Below are positions 1 to 8,062 of a DNA stretch of 45,421 nt, one piece after another. Every line of letters begins with the position of its first letter. Position 1 is the stretch's first letter. This stretch comes from a bacterium (GTDB lineage: Bacteria; Patescibacteriota; Microgenomatia; JAMCZE01), in the NCBI GenBank assembly GCA_021788195.1, contig JAJYKY010000002.1:1-45421 (forward strand), read 5' to 3'. A program made the position numbers and the translations under genes. The notes under the pieces are model-generated. The model searched no databases and had not been told where the DNA came from. It worked only from the letters and a program-made list of their open reading frames with translations.

Positions 1-138
1 GTACTGAGGGAAAAAGGTGTCCGGGTCAGTTTGCCGGAACTTATGACTGCGGCAAAAAATGCCGGTTTAACTAATAAGAGGGAGAAGGAAGAGATGGCTG
101 AAAAGTGGCAGGAGTTAGGTCTGCTTACGGATATTTAA
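1..138 (+). CDS. 3' end of an unidentified CDS entering from the left edge (...KWQELGLLTDI*)
   Basis: Frame 1 is stop-free from base 1 to TAA at 136-138. No recognisable motif. Overlaps the convergent NUDIX gene by 24 nt. Confidence 0.3.
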   Translation, partial: VLREKGVRVSLPELMTAAKNAGLTNKREKEEMAEKWQELGLLTDI

Positions 139-651
139 AGATTCCTCCAGCCTGGTAAGAAAACTTTTCTGGGCGGGGAGGATTTTAACGGCGGCCCGGT
201 CCAAAATAAAATAATTACCCCGGTCGATTTCCGGAAACTTCTGCCTTTTTCCTGATTTGGGAGGCCATTCCATCTCAAAAGTGTTGCTGGTCAGCTTTTC
301 GGGGTCGAAGTTACCGTCTTCAAACGCCCAGGCGAAAACGGTCTTGCCGTTAAGGTAAATGACCGACCCGAGGTCTAAAAATATTTTGTCCTGGCTGACG
401 GTTAGGCCGGTTTCTTCGGAAAATTCCCGGACAGCAGCGGCAAATAATTTCTCGCCCGGCTCAGGCCAGCCTTTGGGAATGCCCCAGACCCCGTTGTCCT
501 TGTTTCTGAAATACGGCCCGCCGGGGTGGACCAGAAAAACTTCTAATTTTTTGTTCGGTTTCCGGTACATTAACAATCCGGCACTGATTTCTTTTTCGGG
601 GTTCACAATATAGAGCATAACAAAAAGATATTCTTTTGCAATCCTTGACAA
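115..651 (-). CDS. NUDIX hydrolase
   Basis: Nudix box GWPEPGEKLFAAAVREFSEETGL. The track start at 651 is a TTG inside a -35-like TTGTCA. The ATG at 618 (MLYIVNPEKEISAGLLMYRK), preceded by TATCTT plus 6 nt, is the more likely start. Confidence 0.85.
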   Translation of the reverse strand: MSRIAKEYLFVMLYIVNPEKEISAGLLMYRKPNKKLEVFLVHPGGPYFRNKDNGVWGIPKGWPEPGEKLFAAAVREFSEETGLTVSQDKIFLDLGSVIYLNGKTVFAWAFEDGNFDPEKLTSNTFEMEWPPKSGKRQKFPEIDRGNYFILDRAAVKILPAQKSFLTRLEESLNIRKQT

Positions 652-789
652 GAGCTAAAAAGTGCGCGTTAATAAATCTACGTCTTGGGAAGCCGACCTC
701 TTTTTTGTGGCTGATTTGATACACATTGACCTCTTGCAACCCCCGGGAAATTTAATTTACACTGGTTCGGATTTCTGCCTCAATCTAAC

Positions 790-1500
790 ATGTCTTTACC
801 CGTGGAGTTTTCTGATATCGCTCCCCAATATTGGGCCCTGGAAGGCGGCGGCGGCTGCGGCAAGGATACGGCAGTCGGCGTTTTAGCTCCGGAAATTACT
901 CACCTGACCGGGCGGATAGTGGTCACGACCCGCGAACCGGGCGGGACGCCGCAGGCAGAAATTATTCGGGAACAGATTTTTAAAGCCAAAGGAAAAAAGG
1001 CCTGGACCGGCCTGCAGATTGTTGACGGCTTTAACCGGGCCAGAGTGCTTTTGGTCGAAGATTTTATCAAGCCGAATCTTTGTGCCGGGCGGCACGTTTT
1101 GACCGACCGCTACGCCGCTTCCACCTGGGCTTACGAAGGCGGCGGAGAGGGAGTTCCTTTTGACCTTATCGAAGAGATGCACCTGAAACGTGTCGGGCTT
1201 TTCGGGCCGGACGCGACTTTTTACCTAAGGCTGTCCGCTCCGAAGATTGGCTTAAGGAGAAAGCCGAAGCATATGGACAACGACGCTTTTGATCTGGAAA
1301 CGGTCGAGTACCAAAGGCGGGTGCACGCCGTTTACGACCGGCTTTACGAGGAAAACCATAACCCTGACAACATTAATCCGATTTTCGGGCTCTGGTATTT
1401 AATTGACGCCGACTGTCCGCCGGACCAGGTCGCTGTTCAGCTCCAGCAAAAAGTGCGCCAGCATCTGGAACTTCAGGAAAGCCGGAAAATTTTTCTCTGA
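790..1500 (+). CDS. tmk: thymidylate (dTMP) kinase
   Basis: P-loop ALEGGGGCGKDT (a variant of EGxDGxGKxT), TREPGGTP, and DRYAASTWAYEG. Confidence 0.85.
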   Translation: MSLPVEFSDIAPQYWALEGGGGCGKDTAVGVLAPEITHLTGRIVVTTREPGGTPQAEIIREQIFKAKGKKAWTGLQIVDGFNRARVLLVEDFIKPNLCAGRHVLTDRYAASTWAYEGGGEGVPFDLIEEMHLKRVGLFGPDATFYLRLSAPKIGLRRKPKHMDNDAFDLETVEYQRRVHAVYDRLYEENHNPDNINPIFGLWYLIDADCPPDQVAVQLQQKVRQHLELQESRKIFL

Positions 1501-1783
1501 TAGGGTACAATTCTTTCCGTGGCAAAAAGTTTTCCCGAAAAACATAAGCCGACGGAGGGCGGAAAAAATATTAACGGTGCCGTGGCCGACCTGGCCAGGG
1601 AGGAAATTATCCGTACTCTGGCACTTATGGCTGAACGCAGAAGGGAAAGGAAACGGCGCAAAGTGACGCCGCCGTCTTGAAAAAGCTAAAAAAGCTGGTA
1701 AAATAAAGACATCACTCACATCGGGCGCTATAATCCCTGACTTTCCGCTCCCGATGGTGGCTTAAGGGATTTTTCCAGAAGAC

Positions 1784-2485
1784 ATGAAAGATATTGCCTT
1801 AAAAGATTTGTTGGAAGCCGGTTGCCATTTCGGGCACCAGAGTACCCGCTGGCACCCGAAAGCTGCTGGCTATATTTACACGGAACGCGAAGGTGTTCAT
1901 ATTATTGATCTGGCTAAAACCCGGGAAGGGCTAGTTGCGGCCGGAAATTACCTTCGGGAGACGGCCAAAACCGGCGGGACGGTAATTTTTGCCGGGGTGA
2001 AGCGCCAGGCTAAGGGAATTGTCGCCGAAGCGGCTAAAAAGGCCGGAGTGTTTTACCTGACCGAGCGCTGGCCCGGCGGGCTTCTGACGAACTTCCCGGT
2101 CCTAAAAAAGAATCTGGACCGGATTACGGAACTGAAGGCCAAGTCCTCCGACCAGGGCTACACCAAAAAGGAACGGCTTTTGGCCTACCGGGAAATGGAA
2201 AAACTTTTGCGGCAGTACGAAGGTTTGGTCGGAATGGAAAGAATTCCGGAGGCCGTTTACCTGATTGATATTAAAAAGATGGCCGGGGCGGTTCGGGAAG
2301 CGCACAAAACGGGAGTTAAGATCGTCGCGATTACCGATACCAATGTCGATCCGAACCAGGTTGATTTCGGAATTCCAGCTAACGATGACGCCGTCGGAAG
2401 TATTAAAATAATTACGGATTATCTGGCGGACGCGTGGATTGAAGGGAAAAAGGAATATAAAGAACCGAAGGCCGAGGACAAATAA
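1784..2485 (+). CDS. rpsB: 30S ribosomal protein S2
   Basis: LLEAGCHFGHQSTRWHPKAAGYIY, and the IVAITDTNVDP signature near the C-terminus. Confidence 0.97.
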   Translation: MKDIALKDLLEAGCHFGHQSTRWHPKAAGYIYTEREGVHIIDLAKTREGLVAAGNYLRETAKTGGTVIFAGVKRQAKGIVAEAAKKAGVFYLTERWPGGLLTNFPVLKKNLDRITELKAKSSDQGYTKKERLLAYREMEKLLRQYEGLVGMERIPEAVYLIDIKKMAGAVREAHKTGVKIVAITDTNVDPNQVDFGIPANDDAVGSIKIITDYLADAWIEGKKEYKEPKAEDK

Positions 2486-2522
2486 TTTTAAATTTTAAAC
2501 CGGTTTGAAAATTGAAACATTC

Positions 2523-2557
2523 ATTTCAAATTTCAAATTTCGAATTGTAAATTTCCT
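2523..2557. repeat. five phased 7-mers ATTTCAA/ATTTCAA/ATTTCGA/ATTGTAA/ATTTCCT abutting the tsf GTG
   Basis: Read directly. The array ends at the base before GTG 2558. Confidence 0.8.
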
Positions 2558-3004
2558 GTGATTTCCGTAGATGATATCAAAAAACTCCGTGAACTGACCG
2601 GGGCCGGAATTGCCGACTGCCGGGAGGCTTTGGAAGAAACCGGCAGCGATATCGACAAGGCCGTTGAAGTGATCAAACAAAAAGGCTTGGAGAAAGCGGC
2701 GAAAAAGGCTGACCGGGAAACCCGTCAGGGCCAGGTTTTCTCGTATGTTCACGGGGGAAAAATCGGAGTTCTGGTAGCTCTTCTTTGCGAAACCGATTTC
2801 GTGGCCAAAACTGACGATTTTCAAACTTTAGGCAAAGAACTTTGCCTGCAGGTTGCCTCGATGGACCCCAAAACTGTCGATGAACTTTTAGCTCAGGAAT
2901 ACATCCGCGATCCGAAGTTGAAAATTGATGGTATGATTAAAGGGGTAGTGGGAAAGTTGGGGGAGAACATAAAGATAGGGGAATTTACGAGGATAACAAT
3001 TTGA
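2558..3004 (+). CDS. tsf: elongation factor Ts, unusually short (148 aa)
   Basis: N-terminal UBA-like domain ISVDDIKKLRELTGAGIADCREAL, and core motif GVLVALLCETDFVAKTDDF. GTG start. Confidence 0.9.
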   Translation: MISVDDIKKLRELTGAGIADCREALEETGSDIDKAVEVIKQKGLEKAAKKADRETRQGQVFSYVHGGKIGVLVALLCETDFVAKTDDFQTLGKELCLQVASMDPKTVDELLAQEYIRDPKLKIDGMIKGVVGKLGENIKIGEFTRITI

Positions 3005-3094
3005 AATTTGTTTCACTTTGCGAAAGTAAATTATTACATAATTTTCCAAATTTTAATTGAATTTGAAAATTTAAATTTGAAATATTTAAAGTTG

Positions 3095-3113
3095 ATCCCG
3101 ATCGAATCGGGAT
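3095..3113 (+). terminator. GC hairpin ATCCCGAT-cga-ATCGGGAT between tsf and frr, at the centre of a longer AT-rich imperfect palindrome
   Basis: Perfect 8-bp stem followed by tgatttcaaattt. The T-tract is weak, so terminator function is uncertain. Confidence 0.4.
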
Positions 3114-3115
3114 TG

Positions 3116-3148
3116 ATTTCAAATTTCGAATTTCAAATTGTAAATTGA
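3116..3148. repeat. phased 7-mers ATTTCAA/ATTTCGA/ATTTCAA/ATTGTAA/ATTGA abutting the frr GTG
   Basis: Same heptad family and same ATTGTAA penultimate unit as at 2523-2557. Confidence 0.8.
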
Positions 3149-3691
3149 GTGGACGATATCACTTCTCAAATCACTCCGAAATTTCAAAAGGCCATTGAGG
3201 TAGTCAAGCAGGATTTGGCAACAATCCGGACCGGCAAAGCCTCACCGCAACTGGTTGAAAATCTACCCATAGAGGCTTACGGAGCCAAAATGAAACTTCT
3301 GGAGTTGGCGACCATTGCCGCGTCCGACCCGACGACGCTTCTTATTACCCCGTTTGATGCCGGGAATACCGAAGCGATTGCCAAAGCCATTTCCGAGGCC
3401 AATTTGGGCCTGACCGCCATTCCCGAAGACACCAAAATCCGGGTAGTGGTTCCGCCGCTTTCCGAAGAACGCCGCCAGGAATATGTCAAGCTGGTCAAAA
3501 ATAAAGTGGAAGGCGGGAAAATCATGATCCGGCAAATCCGCCACGATGCCATGGAAGATGTGGCCAAAGCCGAAGCCAATGAAGATGAAATAGTGCGGAT
3601 GGAAAAAGAAGTCCAAACCCTGACGGATAAAATGGTGGCCGAACTGGATGTTTTGGCCGAAGCGAAAGAAAAAGAGTTGATGAGTCTGTAG
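3149..3691 (+). CDS. frr: ribosome recycling factor
   Basis: LATIRTGKASPQLVENLPIEAYG, plus length and charge pattern typical of RRF. GTG start. Confidence 0.95.
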   Translation: MDDITSQITPKFQKAIEVVKQDLATIRTGKASPQLVENLPIEAYGAKMKLLELATIAASDPTTLLITPFDAGNTEAIAKAISEANLGLTAIPEDTKIRVVVPPLSEERRQEYVKLVKNKVEGGKIMIRQIRHDAMEDVAKAEANEDEIVRMEKEVQTLTDKMVAELDVLAEAKEKELMSL

Positions 3692-3693
3692 CT

Positions 3694-4857
3694 ATGCTGT
3701 TGACAATCGTTGTCTTTCTGGTAATCCTCTCGGTACTTGTTCTGGTTCATGAATCCGGGCATTTTTTAGTGGGAAAACTGTCGGGGATGGGCGTCGAAGA
3801 ATTTGCTTTGGGGCTGCCTTTTACCAAACCGCTCTGGTCAAAAAAACTTGCTGACGGGATGAAACTGTCTTTCTACCCCGTGCTGTTTGGGGGATTTGTT
3901 AAGCTTCTGGGCGAAGAGCCCGACTCCGCTGAAGCTTCGCCGGGCAAGGGACCCGTAAAAGGGAAATATTTTTATAAAAGCAATGTCTGGCAAAGGATTG
4001 CGGTGGTCGTGGCCGGGGTGACGATGAATCTTTTTTTGGCTGTCGCCGCCTTTTATCTTTTTTTGGGCCTGTCCAATTTCCGCCTTTTGGTCCCGAAGTT
4101 AGCCGATTATAACTTTATCAGTCCGCACCGGAATTTAGTGGTTATCAGTGCGGTTGAAGACAACACTCCGGCCCAGACAGCCGGGCTTTCTTCCGGTGAG
4201 GTAATTGTTTCAGCTGACAATACCGGCTTCTCCGGCCTTGTCGATTTTCAGAGCTTTGTTAAAAAACACGCCGGAGAACCGATTAAACTGACTTTGAGCA
4301 ATCTGGGTCTGACCAGCCAACGCCAGGTAACCGTGACGCCCCGGAAAAATCCGCCGGCCGGGCAGGGAGCGTTAGGAATCGGGATAGCCGAGGCTTACGA
4401 TTTGGAATTTAAAACTCCCGGGCAAAAATTGACTTCCGGTTTAAGTTACGCCGCGGACATGTTTATTTATAACCTGCGCGTTCTTGGCTCGTTTATTTCT
4501 CTGGCTTTTAAAACCGGAAACACCGCACCCCTGTCCGAAAGCGTTTCCGGGCCAGTCGGGATCGGGGCGGCCGTCGGGGATATTTTGCAGTTGCCCTGGA
4601 ACGAGGCCGTAAAACAGCTGATTAATCTTTTGGGGCTTTTGTCCCTGTCGCTGGCTTTTATGAACATTTTGCCGATTCCGGCTTTGGACGGCGGCCGATT
4701 AGCTTTCTTAATCGTGGAAGCCGTGACCAATAAAAAACTGGCGGCTAAATACGAAAACCTGATCAACCAGGCGGGGATGATTATTTTACTGGGCTTGATA
4801 CTGCTGATTTCCTTTAACGATATTGTTAAAATCGTCGCCCCGTTCTTCGGAAAGTAA
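3694..4857 (+). CDS. rseP: RIP metalloprotease, M50 site-2 protease with PDZ
   Basis: HESGHFLV (HExxH) in the first TM segment, and NILPIPALDGG near the C-terminus. Confidence 0.9.
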   Translation: MLLTIVVFLVILSVLVLVHESGHFLVGKLSGMGVEEFALGLPFTKPLWSKKLADGMKLSFYPVLFGGFVKLLGEEPDSAEASPGKGPVKGKYFYKSNVWQRIAVVVAGVTMNLFLAVAAFYLFLGLSNFRLLVPKLADYNFISPHRNLVVISAVEDNTPAQTAGLSSGEVIVSADNTGFSGLVDFQSFVKKHAGEPIKLTLSNLGLTSQRQVTVTPRKNPPAGQGALGIGIAEAYDLEFKTPGQKLTSGLSYAADMFIYNLRVLGSFISLAFKTGNTAPLSESVSGPVGIGAAVGDILQLPWNEAVKQLINLLGLLSLSLAFMNILPIPALDGGRLAFLIVEAVTNKKLAAKYENLINQAGMIILLGLILLISFNDIVKIVAPFFGK

Positions 4858-5019
4858 TTTGGCAAGTTTGACAGGGAGATATCAAAGACGCGCCAGTTAT
4901 CCCTTTGGGGTCGGAGAATATTTGACGGAATCATCCGCCCTGTCTGTCCACATACTGGAGGCCAACCCCTTAGGCATTCCGTCTTGCTCCGCTAAAGACT
5001 TATTGATAAACTTCATCTA

Positions 5020-6204
5020 GTGCGCCAGAGTCAATTATTTCCGAAAACTATTAAGCAAGCACCGGCGGGCGCGGTAGCCGTAAACCACAAACTCCTCGTC
5101 CGGGCCGGGTTTGTTGACCAGCTGATGGCCGGGTCATGGACGCTTTTGCCTCTGGGATGGCGGGTGATAAATAAGATAAACAACATTATTCGGGAAGAGA
5201 TGAACGCTACCGGAGCAGAGGAAGTCCTCATGCCTTTGATGCATCCCAAAGAAGTTTGGGAGGAAACCGGACGCTGGAACAGCGCTTCGGAAATTATGTA
5301 TAAACTCAGGGATGTCCGGGAAAAAGATCTGGCCCTCGCTTTTACTCACGAAGAAATCGTGCTGGATCTGGTGCGTAAGCACTTGCAGTCATATTCGGAT
5401 TTACCCATCAAAATTTACCATTTTTCCACAAAGTTTCGTAACGAGCCCAGGGCTACCGGCGGGATTTTGCGCGGCCGGGAATTTATGATGAAAGATCTTT
5501 ACAGTTTGCACGCCACGGAAGAAGATTTCTGGAAATATTATGAAGAAGTCAAGGAGGCTTATCTGAAAATTTTCTCCCGGTTGGGGTTAAACGCCATTAT
5601 GACCGAAGCTTCCGGCGGAGTTTTCACCGATAAGCATACTCATGAGTTTCAGGTGGAAGCCGTTTCCGGCGAAGATACGATTTATGTGGATAAAACCGGT
5701 AAGGGGATTAATAAGGAAATTTTTGCCGGAACGGAAGCGGAGTATAAAAAGATCACCGCCATTGAGGTGGGCAATATTTTTGCTTTCGGCACTTATTACA
5801 GCGAAAAGATGGGCGTGTACTTTACGGACAAGGACGGCAACAAAAAGCCGGTGTGGTTTGGTTCTTATGGCATCGGGCCGACCCGGGTGATGGGTACAAT
5901 CGTGGAAGTTTTCCATGATGAAAAAGGTATTGTCTGGCCGGAAAGCGTCGCCCCGTACAAATACCATCTGATCGGCTTAAACGGCAAAGGCGAAGATCTT
6001 TATAGAAAACTGCAGGATAATGGGGTCGAGGTTCTGTTTGACGACCGGGATGTTTCGGCGGGAGAAAAGTTTACTGATGCGGACCTGATCGGGATTCCGT
6101 TTCGCCTGGTCGTGTCCGATAAAACAGGGGATAAAGTAGAAATCAAAAACCGCAAGACCGGAGAGACTAAACTGGAGAGCCTGAACGTAATCCTTCATGA
6201 ATAG
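5020..6204 (+). CDS. proS: prolyl-tRNA synthetase, bacterial-type N-terminus, apparently without the INS editing insertion (394 aa)
   Basis: MRQSQLFPKT...HKLLVRAGF start, class II motifs (FRNEPR, GREFMMKD), and a C-terminal anticodon-binding domain. GTG start. Confidence 0.9.
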   Translation: MRQSQLFPKTIKQAPAGAVAVNHKLLVRAGFVDQLMAGSWTLLPLGWRVINKINNIIREEMNATGAEEVLMPLMHPKEVWEETGRWNSASEIMYKLRDVREKDLALAFTHEEIVLDLVRKHLQSYSDLPIKIYHFSTKFRNEPRATGGILRGREFMMKDLYSLHATEEDFWKYYEEVKEAYLKIFSRLGLNAIMTEASGGVFTDKHTHEFQVEAVSGEDTIYVDKTGKGINKEIFAGTEAEYKKITAIEVGNIFAFGTYYSEKMGVYFTDKDGNKKPVWFGSYGIGPTRVMGTIVEVFHDEKGIVWPESVAPYKYHLIGLNGKGEDLYRKLQDNGVEVLFDDRDVSAGEKFTDADLIGIPFRLVVSDKTGDKVEIKNRKTGETKLESLNVILHE

Positions 6205-6478
6205 TCCGGAATATATCGCAACCTGCCAGAATGCCGACTGCCCGGCCCGACGGATATCCGCCAAATCCTACAAAGAACTTCTGACTAAAGTTTGTGGCCC
6301 ATCATCTTAGCAACCAGATTTTTACTTTTCGCGGCAATCCTGCCAGGCCTTGCCATTTATTTCCGATAGAACTCCATAACGGCGGAGAAAAACCGGAAGA
6401 CAAAGGCTTACTGATTTTTCCGACCGAAGGGCCGGTAGACTTTGAACAACTGGGAATCAAAACTACCTTCGACCCGTT

Positions 6479-7744
6479 TTAACCGGCGATAATTTCTTCC
6501 AATTCCTTAATCCCGCCGAAGGCGATCCGGTCGGGGACTGCTGACTTAGTTCCCAGCATTAACGCCGGGGTGATCACGAAGTTGCCGAAACGGTGGTTAA
6601 TTTTATCCAAAGCTGCCACCAGATGCCGTTTTTTAGCGGTTTCGTCGAAGAAAGATAACTGCTCCAGGTTGGTTTTCTCGAGGTTAAAACAGGACTCGGC
6701 CAAAATAGCTACCGGTTTGCGGTACGGAGCGTGGCAGAGGATTTTAAAAGCTATCCGGTAAATGTCCCGGGAGTCAAAAACAGGTTGAGACAAAGCTTTC
6801 CCTTGATGCCAGTACGACCCGTCCCGGTAGAGAAGAGAGACGTGGACGCCCCGGCAGTCGTACCCGGCCATACGCATCCGTAAACCGGTTTTTTCCACCA
6901 GTTTTTGTAAAATCGGAGCCAGTTGTTCCGGGGTACTGAGTGGCTTGGGCAAGGCAAAAGAATTGCCGTAACTGCGGCGCCCGAAAACGACATCGTCGGC
7001 TTCCCAGCCGCGCAATCGTAAATACCAGTCGTAGCCCGTTACCGAATGGAAAGCCTGTTCCAAAGTCCGACTGTCGGCGTTATAAAAATCCATCACGGTA
7101 AAAATGCCGGCCCCGTTTAACCGGACACAGTTGTTTTTCTTAATCCCGGTCAGGTCCATGAGATTAAGATGCCGGTAAACCTCCTGAAAATTAGCGGTGT
7201 TGATTTCGTCCAGGCCGTCCGGTTTGTGTAAGCCCGCAGCGATCTTGGCCAGATACCGGTTCGGGGCAATCCCGACGGAAATTTTTAAATGTTCACCGAT
7301 TTCGTCCCGCAAACGCTGTTTTATTTCCGTCGCTACGGCAGACATGCCTTTTTGGTAAGCCGGATAGCCTTCGAGATCAAGAACAAATTCGTCAATGGAT
7401 TTCGGGGTGACAGCAGAGGTGTAATCAGCCAAAAGTTTTTTTAACTTCAGATGAATGTCCCGGTATTTGTTCGGATCCGGCTCCAAAACGATAAGATCGG
7501 GGCAAAGCATTTTGCCGTCGCAAACGCGCATTCCGACTTTGACGCCTAACTTCTTCGCTTCAATAGACGGGGCGACAATGCAACCTTTCGGGGAGTTATA
7601 GGCGGCGACGGCTACGGGTTTGTTCCTTAAAAAAGGGTCAGCCTGCTGTTCGATGGAAGCAAAACAGGAATTTAAATCCAGATGCAGGATGGTGCTGGGT
7701 TTGGGATTGAAAGGCAGTTCCATGTTAGCCGGTTTCACCGTCAT
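6479..7744 (-). CDS. Y-family DNA polymerase (UmuC/DinB-like)
   Basis: ILHLDLNSCFASIEQ and SIDEFVLDL catalytic acidic motifs. UmuC-like C-terminal tail ALDKINHRFGNFVITPA. Confidence 0.9.
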   Translation of the reverse strand: MTVKPANMELPFNPKPSTILHLDLNSCFASIEQQADPFLRNKPVAVAAYNSPKGCIVAPSIEAKKLGVKVGMRVCDGKMLCPDLIVLEPDPNKYRDIHLKLKKLLADYTSAVTPKSIDEFVLDLEGYPAYQKGMSAVATEIKQRLRDEIGEHLKISVGIAPNRYLAKIAAGLHKPDGLDEINTANFQEVYRHLNLMDLTGIKKNNCVRLNGAGIFTVMDFYNADSRTLEQAFHSVTGYDWYLRLRGWEADDVVFGRRSYGNSFALPKPLSTPEQLAPILQKLVEKTGLRMRMAGYDCRGVHVSLLYRDGSYWHQGKALSQPVFDSRDIYRIAFKILCHAPYRKPVAILAESCFNLEKTNLEQLSFFDETAKKRHLVAALDKINHRFGNFVITPALMLGTKSAVPDRIAFGGIKELEEIIAG

Positions 7745-7985
7745 GAATTTCTTCGACGGTCCAAAGCAAGGTGTCCGTGTTTAAAACCAGGCGGAAAAAA
7801 GTGTCCCGGCTGGCGGCGGAAAAGACATGGAAGAGTGTCCGGCCGATCCGGAAAGTGTGGTGCAGACCGACTTTCTCAATTAAATATTCCCGGCCGTCAA
7901 ACAGAATCTTTTTGGGAGCAACTTCCCTGGTTTTGTGGTTGGAGGAAAGTAAAACCGAGATCGGAGCCTGAAGTTTTTGTATCAT
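7725..7985 (-). CDS. 86-aa hypothetical protein, overlapping upstream partner of the Y-family polymerase
   Basis: Overlaps the polymerase ORF by 20 nt. TAGAAC lies 6 nt upstream of its ATG. No S24/UmuD motif visible. Confidence 0.5.
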   Translation of the reverse strand: MIQKLQAPISVLLSSNHKTREVAPKKILFDGREYLIEKVGLHHTFRIGRTLFHVFSAASRDTFFRLVLNTDTLLWTVEEIHDGETG

Positions 7986-8062
7986 AAGTTAGTTCTACCC
8001 GAAATAAACCCGAAAGGCAATGGCGCAAAATAGATCAAAAAATTAGGGTAAAATGGAGGCGA

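Noticed and set aside
4858-5019. A T-box riboswitch upstream of proS, and likewise upstream of cysS at 15741-15809.
   Set aside because: I found no specifier-loop or T-box consensus elements. The cysS spacer is only 69 nt, far too short.
6205-6482. The peptide ...ATCQNADCPARRISAKSYKELLTKV (frame after the proS stop), reminiscent of a LigA-type C-x2-C/CPA zinc finger, and the 62-aa ORF 6294..6482.
   Set aside because: The match is a single short motif with no start codon. The 62-aa ORF has no recognisable features and overlaps the polymerase stop. This is insufficient to call a gene or a pseudogene.
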